In this document: positions 41,735 to 55,202 of the stretch, piece by piece
Layout of the letters: each line of letters begins with the position of its first letter
Numbering within the stretch: the first letter of the stretch is position 1
Source: Sarea resinae
Lineage: Eukaryota
DNA: 64,000 bases
NCBI GenBank assembly: GCA_026026165.1
Contig: JAPEUD010000056.1
Location: forward strand, 62,001-126,000
Direction: 5' to 3'
Position numbers and translations under genes: made by a program
Notes under the pieces: generated by a model
Seen by the model: the letters and a program-made list of their open reading frames with translations, nothing else
What the model was told of the DNA's origin: nothing
Databases searched by the model: none

Positions 41735-44075
41735 CTACATCCTCGCCGCTCTCGTCGTCTTCTCATAGAACTCCAGCGTCATAGCGGCCAAGAAGCACGG
41801 AATCTCCTTGCGCTCCTCGACCCAGAACTTGATCAGATTGCGAATCTCGAGGGCGAAGGCGCCGTTGGGCCCGCCCGAGATCTTCATGGTGCCGTTCTCG
41901 CCGTCGAAGATGATGCTGTTCTCGCCGGAGCCATCGTCGTCGGAATCGGCATCGGCGCCCGCGTAGAACATGCTGGTGACGCGCACGCGGCCGTTGGGCA
42001 TGAAGTCCATCTTCCAGCCCAGCACCGAGGCGACGGCCTCGCGGAACTCGAGCGATTTCGCGCCCCAGATCTGCTTGAGTCGCATCATGCGCTTTTCTTT
42101 ATCGGCGACCGTCTTCTCCATGTCTCGCAGATCCATGCGCGCGTTTTCGAGCGTCGAGATCGGTACCACTTTGGTGCCGCTCGGCGATTTACCTTCGAGT
42201 TGGGCGAGAAGGGCGGCGTTTTCGGTGCGTAGGGCTATGAGCGCCGACATCTTGATGGCGGCTGCTTCGGCCGTGGGGTTGGTGCGGAGTTCGAGGATGC
42301 GGTGTCGCGACGAGGATTGGAGGGATGAGAGCTGCGATTTGTGGACTTCGAGCTCTTTGCGAAGGAGAGCCGTTGTTTGATTCAAGGAAGAGATTTCTGC
42401 GGTCCGCGGGTTAGCTGAGTGACTGAGCCTTGGGGGAGATGGCAGGGGCTGACCATCTTGTAATTTACGGTTTTTTCGAGAAAGGAGACCTAATCTTTCG
42501 TCTGCATCTTCTTCTCGCGGCCGCTTAGATCCCGTAGTCTCAGTAGGAGGTACGCTCTCTTCGCGTTTTGCCAGCTCGTCATTCAAGCTTTGGAGTTCCT
42601 TGCGATATTGGTCGACTATATCCTCCAGTTCTGTTATTCTTCGGCTTTTCTGTTCATCGAAGCTGTCTGGTTGGAAAGTGGTTTCCTCCGCATCGAAGGT
42701 TTTCTAGTCAGCCAGTCAGAGTATTTCTTTTCAAGAAGATAGTGACGAGGCGGGTACCAATTGCGCTCGCAGATATTCAACCTCCGTCACCGCCAAGGCT
42801 CGTTGTCTCTCCAGTCGGATTTTTGCCCTGGTGTCACTTGGGGTTGCGCCGGTCCGGAGCTTCTCGATCTCGCCCTGTAGCTTGCTCTTCTCGTTCTCCA
42901 AGGCAATTATGAATTCGTCCTTCTCCGATACTTCCGCCTCCCTGGAACCAAGTTTATCCATCAACGAGGCCTTCGTGAGTCGCTCGTGTACTAGAGCTCT
43001 TGCAAGATCAACGGGGGAATCGAATTCCATCTCTTCGTTTGCTGATTTTTCATTCTGCAGATAGGATGTCCACGTTTTCCGCTCGTCCTCGAGAATTTGC
43101 CGTTGTAATTGTGCCTCACTTAACTCCCTTCGCAAGTCGTCCATCATATGCACTTTTTGCTCCAAGACTCTCTTCTCCTCCTCGACGACCTCCACGCTCT
43201 TATGCTGTTTACGATAGTGCTTGAGCTCTGCCAGTTGATCCCGATTCGTAGATTCCAGCTTCTTGATGTGAGCGACCTGTTCAGACAGCTCTCTCTTGAT
43301 GACACCCAGAGTATCTGTGTCGCCAGTCTGTGCCTTCAGGCGAAGAACTTCGCTTTCCAAGTGTCCGGCGTCGGCTTCGCGCTGAACGAGCTTCTGTTGT
43401 GTCACCTGAAGGGCAGTTACCTTGCTGTCGAGATCGTCCTGGAGCTCCTCCGTCACTTTCTGCAAAGCGCTATATCTTGTCTGCTGCTCGTCCAGACGAT
43501 GCTTGTTCTGTCTTTCCTGTGACGACAGTTCTGTCTGCGCTTCATCCAATTCTTCCTGCAGGGTTCGGTTTTGATCTTCAATGGCCCGTAATTTCTTCTC
43601 GAGTTCCCGTCTGTCATTTATTGATTGGTCTTGCGTTTCTCTGAGCTCGTTGGCTAGGGTTTCGTATCTGGCCGCCGTTACATGATTGCTGCTCTCGGAC
43701 GCCTGATATATGGTCAGGAATTTTGGTAGACGTTCAATAGGAGTGAAGAACAAACTTGAGCTCTCTTGAAGTCGGCCTCAGCTTGACGCTGCACATCTCG
43801 AAGCTCTTTTTCATGACGTAGACTTGCCAATTCACGCTCCTGCTTGATCGTCTCAAGTTCATACTGCAGAGTCTTGACCTGCGCACGTAGATCCTCGTTT
43901 GCCTGACCTAGTGATGAGTGAGCAAAACCGTTGGGGACTCATATCTAGTAGTTCACCAACCAGGTTTGGCTATCTGCGACTGTCGAACGGTCTCGCGCAG
44001 AGGTAATGGTGAAGACGGTGCTCCAGTCAGAAAGTCATACGTAGGCTGCGTATTGGGGTTTCGACTTGACGCCAT
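41735..44075 (-). CDS. MAD1: Spindle assembly checkpoint protein Mad1, multi-exon
   Basis: Long coiled coil with RLERQRALA..EVEYLRAQL, RILELRTNPT, EFREAVASVLGWKMDF and IPCFLAAMTLEFYEK. Start MASSRNPNTQPTYDFL at 44075. Confidence 0.9.
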
Positions 44076-44678
44076 CTTCGCCCTATGTTCCCAGCTTAGC
44101 TTCATCTTTCATGGTGCACAAGCAAAGCAAGCCATGCTCACCAGTGAGACTGCTCGCGAACTACAGGCGCATTATCCACGCCTGCCCCGAATCCCCTCCA
44201 GATCGAATTATGGCATCTATGGGGCCCTCGATATCACGAATGAAGAGATCAAGAAGAGAGGAGGCCTACTAGACAACAGCAGAGGCATTGACGATGTGGA
44301 AGATTCCCTGTTCGAGAACTAGTGTCCTGCTTTGATACATCCTCCATCTCACAGCCTTTGGAAGACGCGTTTCGGTACGTACTTTGTACTCACTCAGTCG
44401 CATTTCTACCCCTGGTCGACAACACGCCCAACCCGATCACCGCCATATACCAACCACACGATAGCAGATCTCACAGGCACCAGGGACACCGTGGTCACCG
44501 TCATATAGAGTCAAGAGAAGTGAAGGGAAAAGCGTGTATTCTCAGCATAGGAGAAGAATTAGAATTATCTACAGAGAAAATTGTACATGATATTAATACG
44601 CCCTGAAAAAGCGTTTGAGAGGTGCAAAAGCTGTAAAAATACCGCCCTCTGAGGCAAATCTCTAGTATTGGTCCACTG

Positions 44679-47600
44679 CTAGGAGGCAACATAGTTTCCG
44701 CTGTGCAATTTTCGTACTGTCGGCACCTCTTTCCAAGATATGCTAGGACTTGGTGCCGCCCCCTCATCGGCGAAAGGATCGGCGCCTTCGGACGAGCCCG
44801 CATGCGCGTCGCTCGAGTGGCTGAGCTGGCTAAGGTGCAGACCACTCCCTATGCCCGTAGTGTTCTCTCCCGCCACTTCCCACCTCACCTCGACGTGTCC
44901 TGGTCTAGCCTCAGACTCGGTCGTGAAGCGGGCGAGCATTCTCTTAGGTTGGGCATCCTTCTCCAGGGTGATGTCACCCAGCCTCCAATATATCAGAGAC
45001 CTCCCCTTCGAGAACGTTCCTACCGGTTTCGATAAACAGTGAGAGGCTGGCGCTCCTTCAAGATTGATGACAAAAACGACGTTCTGAAGTGTGATGCTCC
45101 GCTGTTCTGCAGAGCCAAACGATGGATTAAGGGAATAGTTCAAGATGACGGAGGTTTGTGTTGGCTCGACTTTCCATGATAGGGTGGGGGTAATGGGGCA
45201 ATGCGTATTGAGACTGGTATCGTCGATATGAAGTTGATACTTGAAGCCAACTGATGTCCTGGTTATGTGCGACAGATCGACCGTGTACTCTCCAGCTTTA
45301 TCAACACTCGGAGTGATGATCGTTGGGTTAGGGGCAACTTTCTCCAAGACCTCAAAATTTTCGAGGCGAAGACCCTCCGTACCAAGGTTACCACTCAGGT
45401 CCACAGGGTTATAAGCCAATGCAACTTCACCCATGACGGTTGATTTGGTTACGAGTCCATGCTCAAACGATGCGTTCACTACCTCCACGATAGAAGAGTT
45501 GAGTCCCGGTTGGTGCATTTCTGGATGCCTAATGACGGCGCTGGTAAGGCTGGTCAATGAGCGCGACGATCGTATCGACTGGGTATCAGATGCAGTTGCA
45601 TGTTCTTCGGAAGTCAAGGTGGCCGCTCTACCCATTTTGAAAGGAGAGGACGGCGGGAGAGGAGATTCGACTCCGGCTGATCCGGCTGATTCGGGTGCTG
45701 GAGGGGATGGGATGAAAATCGTGTTCCTGACATCTCTGCGACCACGGACAGTCCCTTGCTTTCGGCTTGGGGCAGCTTGCTATTCGATCGTGTTAGCAGT
45801 GACATAAAGGTCTATTCTCTTCAATGGCTTACGAGTCGTAGCGTATTTGCAACGTTGGCGAGTGCAGTCTCAGCATCAGCATCCTCTTCTTGAATAGGAT
45901 CATTTCGGATGTCAAGCTTGAATTGCGGGGGGATGTTGTCACTGAGAGAATCGTTAGCTCTACCGTAGCCTTGCAAACAAAACGGCAACCAGCATACTTT
46001 GCGGCCTCATGTTCTGCTTCACTGATGGCGTCATGGGCGGGCGGCCGGATCGTGAATCCCTCGGCATCACGGTGTTCCTACACTTGTCAGTGGCCGCGAT
46101 TCTGTGAAGCCTTCTGGCCAGGAAACGCATACCTCGGGAGGTGCCTCCGTGGCTGGTGCCTGGGGTACTAGAGGCTCCTGTAACCTCAGGGGCTCGTGAA
46201 AACCGGCACCGTTGACATCGGGGCTCGTGACAGCTGGAGCTGGCTCAATACTGTCACCATTGGGGCCTTGATAGGAATGATGAATTTCTCGAGGTGGCTG
46301 CGGCTGGTGCATCTGTTGTGGCGGTTGCGGCTGGTGGTTCTGCTCGTGGTGTCGCAGGGAGAGTCCTGGGAATCGGGACATATGACGCTCCTCACGCGCC
46401 GCGGGAGACGGTAGATTCTGCGTAGACTGATGAGGGGATGGCAGGGGCGGGGGCGCGTCTCTGGAGGTGTTGTTCCTTCCACCAAATCCGAAATTCGGCC
46501 CCGATCTTTTATCGGGCGAGGCTGTCCTGCCGTACGGAGCAATACTCTGTCGCCGCCGGCCAAGGACAGTCCCTAAACGTTTGATCCCACTAAATCCCGT
46601 ATGGCGTTGTTCGTGCACTACGGAACCTTAGTCCATCAAAACTTGAGGATTCTGACCTCTCGGAACTCTTACCTGAACCGGACCTCGTAGCATTTCCAGA
46701 TGTGCCAGACCGTTCGCTTGCGCCGTCGTCTATCGGTGGGGCAGGTGTTGGAGGTGACACAGGAGTGGCTGTGGGAGCTCTGCTTCGTTGCCTCTGTTCT
46801 CGTGCCCTTCCGTCCACGGTCCTCAGCGCGTAGGTCTTGATCTCATCCGCGGTTTCTACATTGAGCAAAACGTTCAAAGTCTCTTCGGCAGTGACGCGGT
46901 TCCTCTCGACTTGGTCGACTTCATGAGTTTGGAATTGGGTGAGGACATCCCTCAGATGGTTGAGCCTCGTCTCGTCCACCGATTGTAGCTTCTCGAAGAC
47001 GTAGGGTGCCTGTGATTCCCAGCTCGACGTCGCGCTATCCACATCCGAGGCTGCATTCGCCACTTTTCCGGCCGAGGCCCTTGCACCTTTATCTTTAAGC
47101 TTGTCCGCCTTTTTCTGGGCCACTTCGATCTCCTTTGCGATTGCTCCCAGATTGCCTTGCATGGTCGAGATCGCCTGCATCTCGCGATTCTGAGCGAGGA
47201 AATCGCGCAATGGCCGCTCCACGTCGGCCTCGATCTTCTGGGCTAAGATGTGGTGGGAGTGGGCGATCGACTCGGTCGAGCCCACAATCTTCTGCCATGG
47301 TATCGAGAAGATGCTTGCTAACGGTCAGCGATGTTGCGACACGGAATTGATCAATGAGCCATACCCAAGCTCCGAGTTTTCGTCTGGAGGCTGTTTCTTC
47401 GACAGCTTCTTCAAGCCTTGCACGTAAAGCTCCTCAATGCGTCGTCGTTCCTGCACGAGCAATCAGTATCCGAGGATGGCCCTCTGCCATTGAATGACCC
47501 TCTGGCACGTACCTGGAGCCAGTCGGCAATCTCGGCGTTGACCTTGCCTACTCTCTTCACGCGATCATTGAGGACAACGACCGCCTCACTCGGCTGTAAG

Positions 47601-47711
47601 GCGCCCTGGTCCCAAAGATGAGCAGAGTGGCACCATGGCGAGACGACGGCAGGTCGTGCTCGTGCAGTGACTTACCAGCATCGCTGGATACTCCTGCCGT
47701 GAGAACTCCAT
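44679..47711 (-). CDS. SYP1: Muniscin/FCHo-type endocytic adaptor (F-BAR plus C-terminal mu-homology domain), multi-exon
   Basis: N-terminal MEFSRQEYPAML and an F-BAR region (SHHILAQKIEADVERPLRDF, WESQAPYVFEKLQSVDETRLNHLRDVLTQFQTHEVDQ). C-terminal GLNSSIVEVVNASF..GEVALAYN..CLSKPVGTFSK..IYWRL. Confidence 0.85.
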
Positions 47712-47882
47712 GATTGAATGTACAGCCGACGCAGCCGGAATAGCACGGTTGGTTGAATCGCATGCGCCTAGGCGGGAGGAGAGCAGCAAAGATGAGGAAG
47801 GAGCAGGGCGATGAATGGAAAGTAGGGAAGGAGCGAGGCAGTGGTGGGAGAAGGAAGGAAGGACGGAAGGAATGTATAGACA

Positions 47883-47890
47883 AGACAGAA

Positions 47891-47941
<51 letters not shown>

Positions 47942-47947
47942 AAGACA
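47883..47947 (+). repeat. (AGAC)n tetranucleotide microsatellite upstream of SYP1
   Basis: agacagaaagacagacagac...agacagaaagac. Confidence 0.95.
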
Positions 47948-48585
47948 AGGTCGACCAGGGAGAGAAGTGAGTGAGTGAGTGGTGAGTAGGTAGTCGTGAG
48001 TAGGTAGTGAGAGGGAGTGACGGCAGTGAGCGGCTTGTCGAGAGAAGAATGGACGCCGGTGGAGGAGGATGGGAGGATGGGACGGGTTGATCGAGGGAAG
48101 GGGACTTGGGCCGGTGGGACGATGCCGGTACCGCATACCGGCGCGACGAGGGAGCCCATCCAGCAGAGGTGCCGTACTCGCTACAAGACCGGCCAGGTAG
48201 CGACGGTCCAGAGACGAGGTACCGCCTGCTGAGGTACCTCCGAAGTACCCAGCACCGTGGACGCTTTGGTCCCACGATGAGGTATCGGCAGGTACTCGTA
48301 CTATGGAGTACTCGTAGTACTACATACTTCGCTCTTCGACTGCAATCATCGATCGGAATGGTACGCTGTAGTAGAGTAGTGCCTGCCGCGGACAGCTGGC
48401 ACCACCGACTTCTCGTCCCCAGAGACGCACAACATGACCCATACTCGAGGTAGGAGTTTACTGCGTACTCAGTATTGATCCCAACACGACGATGAGGATT
48501 CTCTCTCTGCAGCTCGACGAGAGCTCTGCCCCGACCTGAGTCGTGCGACCGAGTACCCTCGTACTTCGTCAGGTACATTCCATGG

Positions 48586-48617
48586 TCAATGATATTCAAT
48601 GATATTCAATGATATTC
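48586..48617 (+). repeat. 10-bp tandem repeat (TCAATGATAT)x3
   Basis: tcaatgatat tcaatgatat tcaatgatat tc. Confidence 0.9.
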
Positions 48618-48856
48618 CAATTGCCAGCTCGTCTACTTCCGTAGAGATGCCTCGTCCCAATCAGTCATCACCCTCCTCTTTTCCTTCTTTCCCGAAAGAG
48701 TAGCAAAACAGACGGATCCGGTGATACCTCGCAGATACTCAACCTTTTCTCTTTCTGGTCCGCCTTCTTCTCCTTCTCCTCCTTGCTCCTCTCCCGTTTT
48801 CTTCTTTTTTCTCCAATGATTCCCGCCCAGAGTTTCCTCCCGCTCGCAACGCCATC

Positions 48857-50532
48857 ATGACGGCGCTCAAACTCACAGCCGAGCCGGAGTCCTCCCCGCC
48901 GTCTGACCTGAGCTTCAGCGAACGGCTCGAGACCATCAATCAGATGCAAGTGCCAAATCTCATACATGTCCACACCCTCATTCTTGTCCCTCCCGGAGAT
49001 AGAAAAACTCATACATCCACCTCCCGGCCAGAATAGCCATCATTCTCTCGACCCAGCCAGATACATGTGAACAGGATGCCAAACGAAAAGCGCGATCGAT
49101 AGAGAGCTATGCTTACAGTCAGGCTACCACCCGTGTATGTCGACATTGTTTTCACGTATTCAGCCCATAGTCTTCGAAATTGACTTCGTACATAGGAAGA
49201 CTACGACGCCAGCTGTGTGCGCGTCACCAAACAAATTCAGGAAAATGCCCTAAAAGAAGCCGAAGGGCGAGAAACAGAGGACCAAAGCAATGGAAAAGAA
49301 GTCGTAGACACTGCCCCTGCCTCTACGATGCAACGCGATCCTCCAATTGCTCGATCAGAAGGGCTCGAGATAGGAGTGTACACTAATGCCACCCATCATG
49401 CCGACGGTCTCTTCTCGACCGTCTACAAAGCAACCTCTCAGGACCTCCCTGACCTAGTTGCCCTCAAAGTCACCATCCCCTCCGCCATGACCGCCCCTCA
49501 TGACTCCCGACGCGAAATCCGTCTCCTCCACCAGGCAGCCAGCGAGCACGTCATCAGACTCCTCGACTCCTTCCGTCATGCCGGCGACCACCTCGTCCTC
49601 GTCTTCCCCTTTATGCCGCTCGACCTGGAGGTCCTCCTGGCCAGCCGAGCCAACCACAAGCCTACCCTACTGAACATCCGTAAGCACTTGCGGGATCTCT
49701 TCTCCGCACTCGAATACATCCACTCCGTAGGCCTAATCCACAGAGACGTCAAACCGTCGAATCTCCTCCTGAGAGGCCCCAACGGTCCCGCCTACCTCGC
49801 CGACTTCGGCATCGCCTGGTCCCCGAATGATCCAGCTTCGGAGCCTGCAGAGCGAAAGATAACAGACGTTGGCACGACGTCGTACCGACCTCCGGAGCTT
49901 CTTTTCGGCAACGAGGCCTATGACAGCTCGTTAGATCTGTGGGCGGCAGGATGCGTCGTCGCTGAGGCGAGTCGCCTGAGCGACAAGACGCTGTTTGATT
50001 CTGGGGACTTGGGCAGCGAGTTGGCCCTTATTCAAAGCATTTTCAAAAGCCTGGGTACGCCTACGCTGGACGTGTGGCCGGTAAACCTGACTTTTTCTCT
50101 CCCATCTTCTGTTCTTCCCTGCCCCTTCCCCTGCTTCGCCTTTCCCTGACCCATCTTCCCAATCTTCCCTTTCCGTCGGCAAGACGCGCTCCCATGACAT
50201 AGCCTACCAAATGTAAGCCGACAACTAACCATCACCTGCAACCCAACAGCAAGCAGCCGAGTTCCGCGACTGGGGCAAAATGACCTTCTACCCCTTCCCT
50301 CCACAGCCGTGGTCCCAACTCCTTCCGGACAGCCCAGCCGAAGCACAAGACCTAGTGAGCAAACTGGTACGATACGAGAGTGGGGAGCGACTGACGGCGA
50401 GGGAGGTAAGTCATGATTCACTGGCTACCAAAAGAGGGAGCCAGTAAGAGAGATTCCACATTTCCTAGCTGACTGTTCTCGACGCATCTGTAAATCCAGG
50501 CTTTGACACATCCGTTCTTGGATCTCGAGTGA
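48857..50532 (+). CDS. csk1: Csk1/Cak1-like CDK-activating kinase with an N-terminal KIX-like helical domain
   Basis: Exons 48857-48945, 49032-49134, 49196-50080, about 50250-50405 and about 50500-50532. Motifs GLFSTVYKA, VALK, PHDSRREIRLL, HRDVKPSNLL, LADFGIAW, DVGTTSYRPPELLFG and DWGKMTF. Confidence 0.78.
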
Positions 50533-51465
50533 TTGGTCGTCGAAAAGTTGGATTGACTTGGCCTGGGATGGCCAAAATGGGTTTGGGATTGGAAGCGTTT
50601 CTTCGTAGGGTAGCGATGCCCCGTTTTTCTCTCGAGATGTGCAGATAGCCCTACTACTTGACAAGGATAGACCTCAAATGGGGATCATGGTATCACCTTC
50701 TCAAGCATTGGAAGAAGTTTTACGTCCGGTCTACCATGCATCCGACCTCCTCCTTGCGTTGCTCAGTGATAGACACTCATTCAGGTCGGAAGTGGGGTAA
50801 ACCGACATGGATAATCATTTGGAGAGAAAGGGGCCGCGGCGCCACCCAAGGATACCTGCTGCGTAAATACATGAGCCATCAATCACTACTACAAGCTCCC
50901 TTTCCTTTCCCCTCTCCTTCTTCCCTCCCCCAGCTTCAGTCTCCTTCAATCCTCCCTATCCGACTACCGGAGCGCGATAAAGAGAAAAGCCGAAACAGAT
51001 ACAAAAGTTGTTTAAAGATCCTTTCGGACAGTTTAAAGCCTACCGAGTAGGCGAAGGCATTTGAAGAGTAGAAGAGTATTCAGTCATCTGGCTAAGAAGT
51101 GGCATCGACAATATTGGGCAATAGAAGAAAAGAGAAGTGGGTAATGGAGAAGACGAACAAAGCACAAGATACCAGCTAAACGAGCATAGAGAAACAATTA
51201 CGACTGGCCGAACGTGCGCGCGAGTCGAATTATTACGAAACAGCCGAGTCGAAAATATGCCGGGACTTTGCATCGCTGCGTCGTGACGACAAACTTGAAG
51301 CTGCGAGAGCCCCAATAGAAAAGTAGACACAATTATTCGCTAGCATGTCCTAAGCATGAAGACGAATGAAGAGAAGGACCAATGGGGAAATTCAAAGAAC
51401 ACCAAAACCCCGTCGCTCGCCATCATCGGCTATTCGTGGGAGTCCAGAAGCTGTAGGGTTTCCAC

Positions 51466-53598
51466 CTAGATAGCCTGGCCGGGTAGAGGTTTGCGAGCTA
51501 ATCCCTGAGACGGTTCGTTTGACGGTGCACTTGCTGTCACCGTTTGCGCAGAAAGTTGCTGGGATGGTGAGGCATTGGGGTTCATCTTCGTAGGACCCGG
51601 AGGCGAGTTTCTTCGAGCATTGGCGAGGCCGGCCGAATTAGACCTTGGACGCCCGGCAGGAGACAAGGGACGAGGCTGACCAACATATGGTCCGGGAGAC
51701 ATCGATCGCTGTTGGCGGGCATAAGGAGCAGGGCTCTGACGGCCACCAGCAGGAGACATCGGGCGAGGTGCTCCACCGAAACCACTTGAAGGGCTGCGCA
51801 TACCGGCCGGAGACATGGGACGCGGTTGCTGACGGTACGGTGACATGGGACGAGCTGGCCCACCAAAGGGACCTGGCGAGTTGCGACCTCCGGCAGGGGG
51901 CATTGGGCGTGGGGGACCGCGAAGGGGACCCATCGGACCCATTGGAGGATCCATCGGGCGGCGGGCGTTCGGACGACCTGGAGGACCACCGGAAAGTGGC
52001 GGAAGTGGCCTAACTGGACGAGATGAAAGGCAACTACGCGGGGCTACTCCTTGCTGAGAGCGGTCAATTCGAATACAGAGAGCCTATATTGAGAGTCAGC
52101 AATGGCATCTTCTACGCTCAAGTCGAACGGTAAAACGCACCCAGCCATCGTCGTACTCGTGCAACAACCGCACCAATTGACCAGCACAGAGTTCGATTTC
52201 ATCCTCCATTGAGGGTTTGAAGGGTAGCTGTACTCGGTGCACATTCGTGACGACTACACCCGATTTGACGACACCAGCTTGAGGGGTGGTCGGAGTCGCA
52301 GGTACCTCGGACGTGTTGCTGAATTCAGTCCCTACTGGGCTTGGTGGTGTAGACTCTACGGGAAGAGTTGGAGATGCAGGCCTTGCCTCTCCAGAGGCAT
52401 TGGAAGGTCTACTTGAGTTCTGATGTTCTTCCGTAAGAGCTGCCGCGCCTGTTGCATCGAGCCCGGCCGCGGTAACTTCAACGGCGTCTTCCAAATCAAG
52501 GTGATTGCTGTCAGATGGCACCGAAGAATCAGAAGCGGCTGCCACCGGCAAACCCTCTGATTCCGGGTGCTCAGGCTGCGGCAATGGATCGATTGTCTCT
52601 GCATGATTGCCGAACGGATTTTGGATGGGTTGAGGTTCAGTCGCGTGGTTGCCAAACGGATTTTGAGGGTCGTTGGCGCGATCTTCCATAGCCATACGAT
52701 CTCCAACGGTATCTGCAACAGCTTGTGTTGGCTTGCGAGGCTGAGAAAATCCAGAAGGCGCAGTTGCGGCTGCTGAGGCCACTGCAAGTGCGTTACCCAT
52801 GCTTCGCCTGTCGCCTCCAAGGTTGGGAGAAAATTGCGTGACAGGCCTCAAACTAAGTCTGGGAGCGTTGGTTGAACGAGCAGAGGGTGCATAACCAGGA
52901 CGATTGCCGTAAGCGCTTTTCTCGTCGTCGGCCTTCGCGTACGACGCCTCCTGTTGCTGCTTCTTCCGTCGAAAGCAGAAAAGAATGAGACCAAGGATCA
53001 GTCCAATGCCAAAGATCAAACCAATAGCTAATCCTGCCTTGGCTCCTCCGGACATGCCTTGAGAAGATGATGAGCTAGTGGCCGTTGGAGAAGCGTTCGA
53101 GGATGTTGCAGACGCGCCTAGCGCGGTGGATTGTGCTGACTCGTCTGTGGATGTAGGCGCAACAGATGACGAGGCCAGAGCTGTCGAACTGAGCACAGAA
53201 CTGGACGGCGAAATTGTAGACGATGGCGAAGAAGAACCAGACACGGAAGATGCGCTCGTCGAGCTGGCAGCAGCACTACTTAGAGCACTTGCAACGACCG
53301 AGGCTGTAGGAGTGACAGAGCTCTCAGGAGACAGAGTATCTTGTGCAACACTGCTTGCAGCAGAAGCTGTAGCTGCAGGAGCAGAGACGGGATCACCGAC
53401 CGCAGGACCCAAGGTAGTGTATCCTCCGACCGGGCCGCTGAATGTCGGTGCCGCCGTCACGTAAACAACCGAAACTATTGTCGCCATTTGGCGCTCATCT
53501 AATTGGGCCATCGGTTCACCGACGATATCTGCCGAGTCGCCGGCAACCTCATCGACCGCCCTCGGATGAGGATGAGCACGATGTTTGTGGTGCGGCAT
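51466..53598 (-). CDS. Single-pass membrane protein with Ser/Thr-rich ectodomain, SH3 domain and Pro-rich tail (Fus1-like architecture)
   Basis: TM segment GAKAGLAIGLIFGIGLILGLILFCFRRKK. SH3 VHRVQLPFKPSMEDEIELCAGQLVRLLHEYDDGW|ALCIRIDRSQQGVAPRSCLS, split by an intron at about 52085-52140. RPMSP repeats in the tail. Confidence 0.8.
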
Positions 53599-55202
53599 CG
53601 TTACGAAGCGGGAGGAAAGCGATCTGAGATATCGGATGCACCTGACACTGTTGCAATGTTCTTGTTCATTCAAGCCCTTCTCGGTGGTCTTGATTCAATC
53701 TTTCGAGACATGAGACGACAGTAATCCCAAACGATGAAGATGATGAGACAGATACAGATGGTTGATGTTCGTGGCGATGAAGTGATTCTGCGAGATCAAG
53801 GAAGGTAAACAAAAGATGCGATCCTGCGGATAAAGAACGGGCCTGCGAAACGAGAGCGAAGTTGGAATCAAAGAGTGAATACGCTCACTGAGCGTGCAAA
53901 GGAGAGACTGGACGCGGCACTACCGCGATGGTCGTGATGATGAAAGAGAGCAAGAAGCTGAAGGAGCGTGAATGAAGTGTGGTGCAGGTGTCGTCGTACG
54001 AGCATCGAGAATCGAGAAAGGGAAGGGAAGGAAGGGAAAGGGAAGGAGAAGGAGAAGCGAGCGGGCGAGGGGGTACGGCAGTACTTTCGTACTATGAATA
54101 CTCACCTTCAGGGCCAAGGTATCTCAACATAGTATGAAGTACTACTAGAACCTCCCCCCCGCCGCGCGTGTCATAATGATTAATTACGGCAGGTACGGGA
54201 AATTACGCACGTCGTCCTGGATCACGAGGGACCTGATATGTACTTGGCATCTACGCTCTTCGTGCACGCTCATCGAGGTACCTCTGCTGTCCAAAGGGAG
54301 CTGTCAGTGACCCTGCAGTGACCATGGACCCCAGCCTCACTATCTTAGCCCGTCAGGTACGAGCGCCCTCCGATTGGCGTGGGGACATCTCTCGCCCAGA
54401 GTCCCGACATGTACTTCTACTACCTGATGCCGCAGTACTCCGTAAGGTAGGTAAGGTAGGTACCTTAGTTAGCAGCCCAGTACTCCGTACTACCGGGTAT
54501 GAAGTACTTCAAGTCTCGTCATTCTCGTCGCAACCCCTTGTCCCGCAAATCAAATCAAATTACCAGGTCTGGTATGCACGCATCTACGAAGTACTTCATA
54601 TTCCATATATCATCATGTCTGCTGCCCATCAATCCATCTTTACCTAAGGTACTCTACTGTCGAAGAGGTGCACTACAGCGTACTAGGCATGACTGCAAAG
54701 AATGCTCGGCGCTAATATCATTTCCCAGAGGGGAAACAACCCGTTCATCTTTTCTGTTCCTTATCATATCATTGATCTTCTCGGGGTAGACATGGACCGG
54801 CTGGACAAGGTCAACAGGCGGAAATTTGATACAATCCAAAGCACCCCTTTCTCTCATGTACAATTACTCTCCTAGAGGCAGCAGACTGGGAATGTAATGC
54901 GCCACAGACGCTGCGCATTCCTTCGTGACAGTGGTATCGATTACAGGAATGGAGCCAGCCAATCGAACTTCGCGGTTCATGAACGGCCTTCCTAGTCGGC
55001 AAACCTCTCCCATTGTTTACGCCGAACCTATGCATCCGGCGGAATATTGAAAACGCCTCCAAGTCATTCACTCCAATATTGGATACATATCTGATAAGAT
55101 TATGCCAGGTCATCATAGCCCCTGCTAAAGGCAATATGTGCAAAGCTATTGGGAACACTAGCGCCAGCAGAGCGTACCAGGCTCTAGGCGCCATTACCAA
55201 TA

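Noticed and set aside
44365..44370. MCB-like ACGCGT upstream of MAD1
   Set aside because: A single hexamer is plausible but indistinguishable from chance.
47557..48599. 337-aa and 200-aa minus-strand ORFs upstream of SYP1
   Set aside because: They run through the (AGAC)n microsatellite (CLSV repeats) and the promoter/UTR. The conserved SYP1 start is at 47711.
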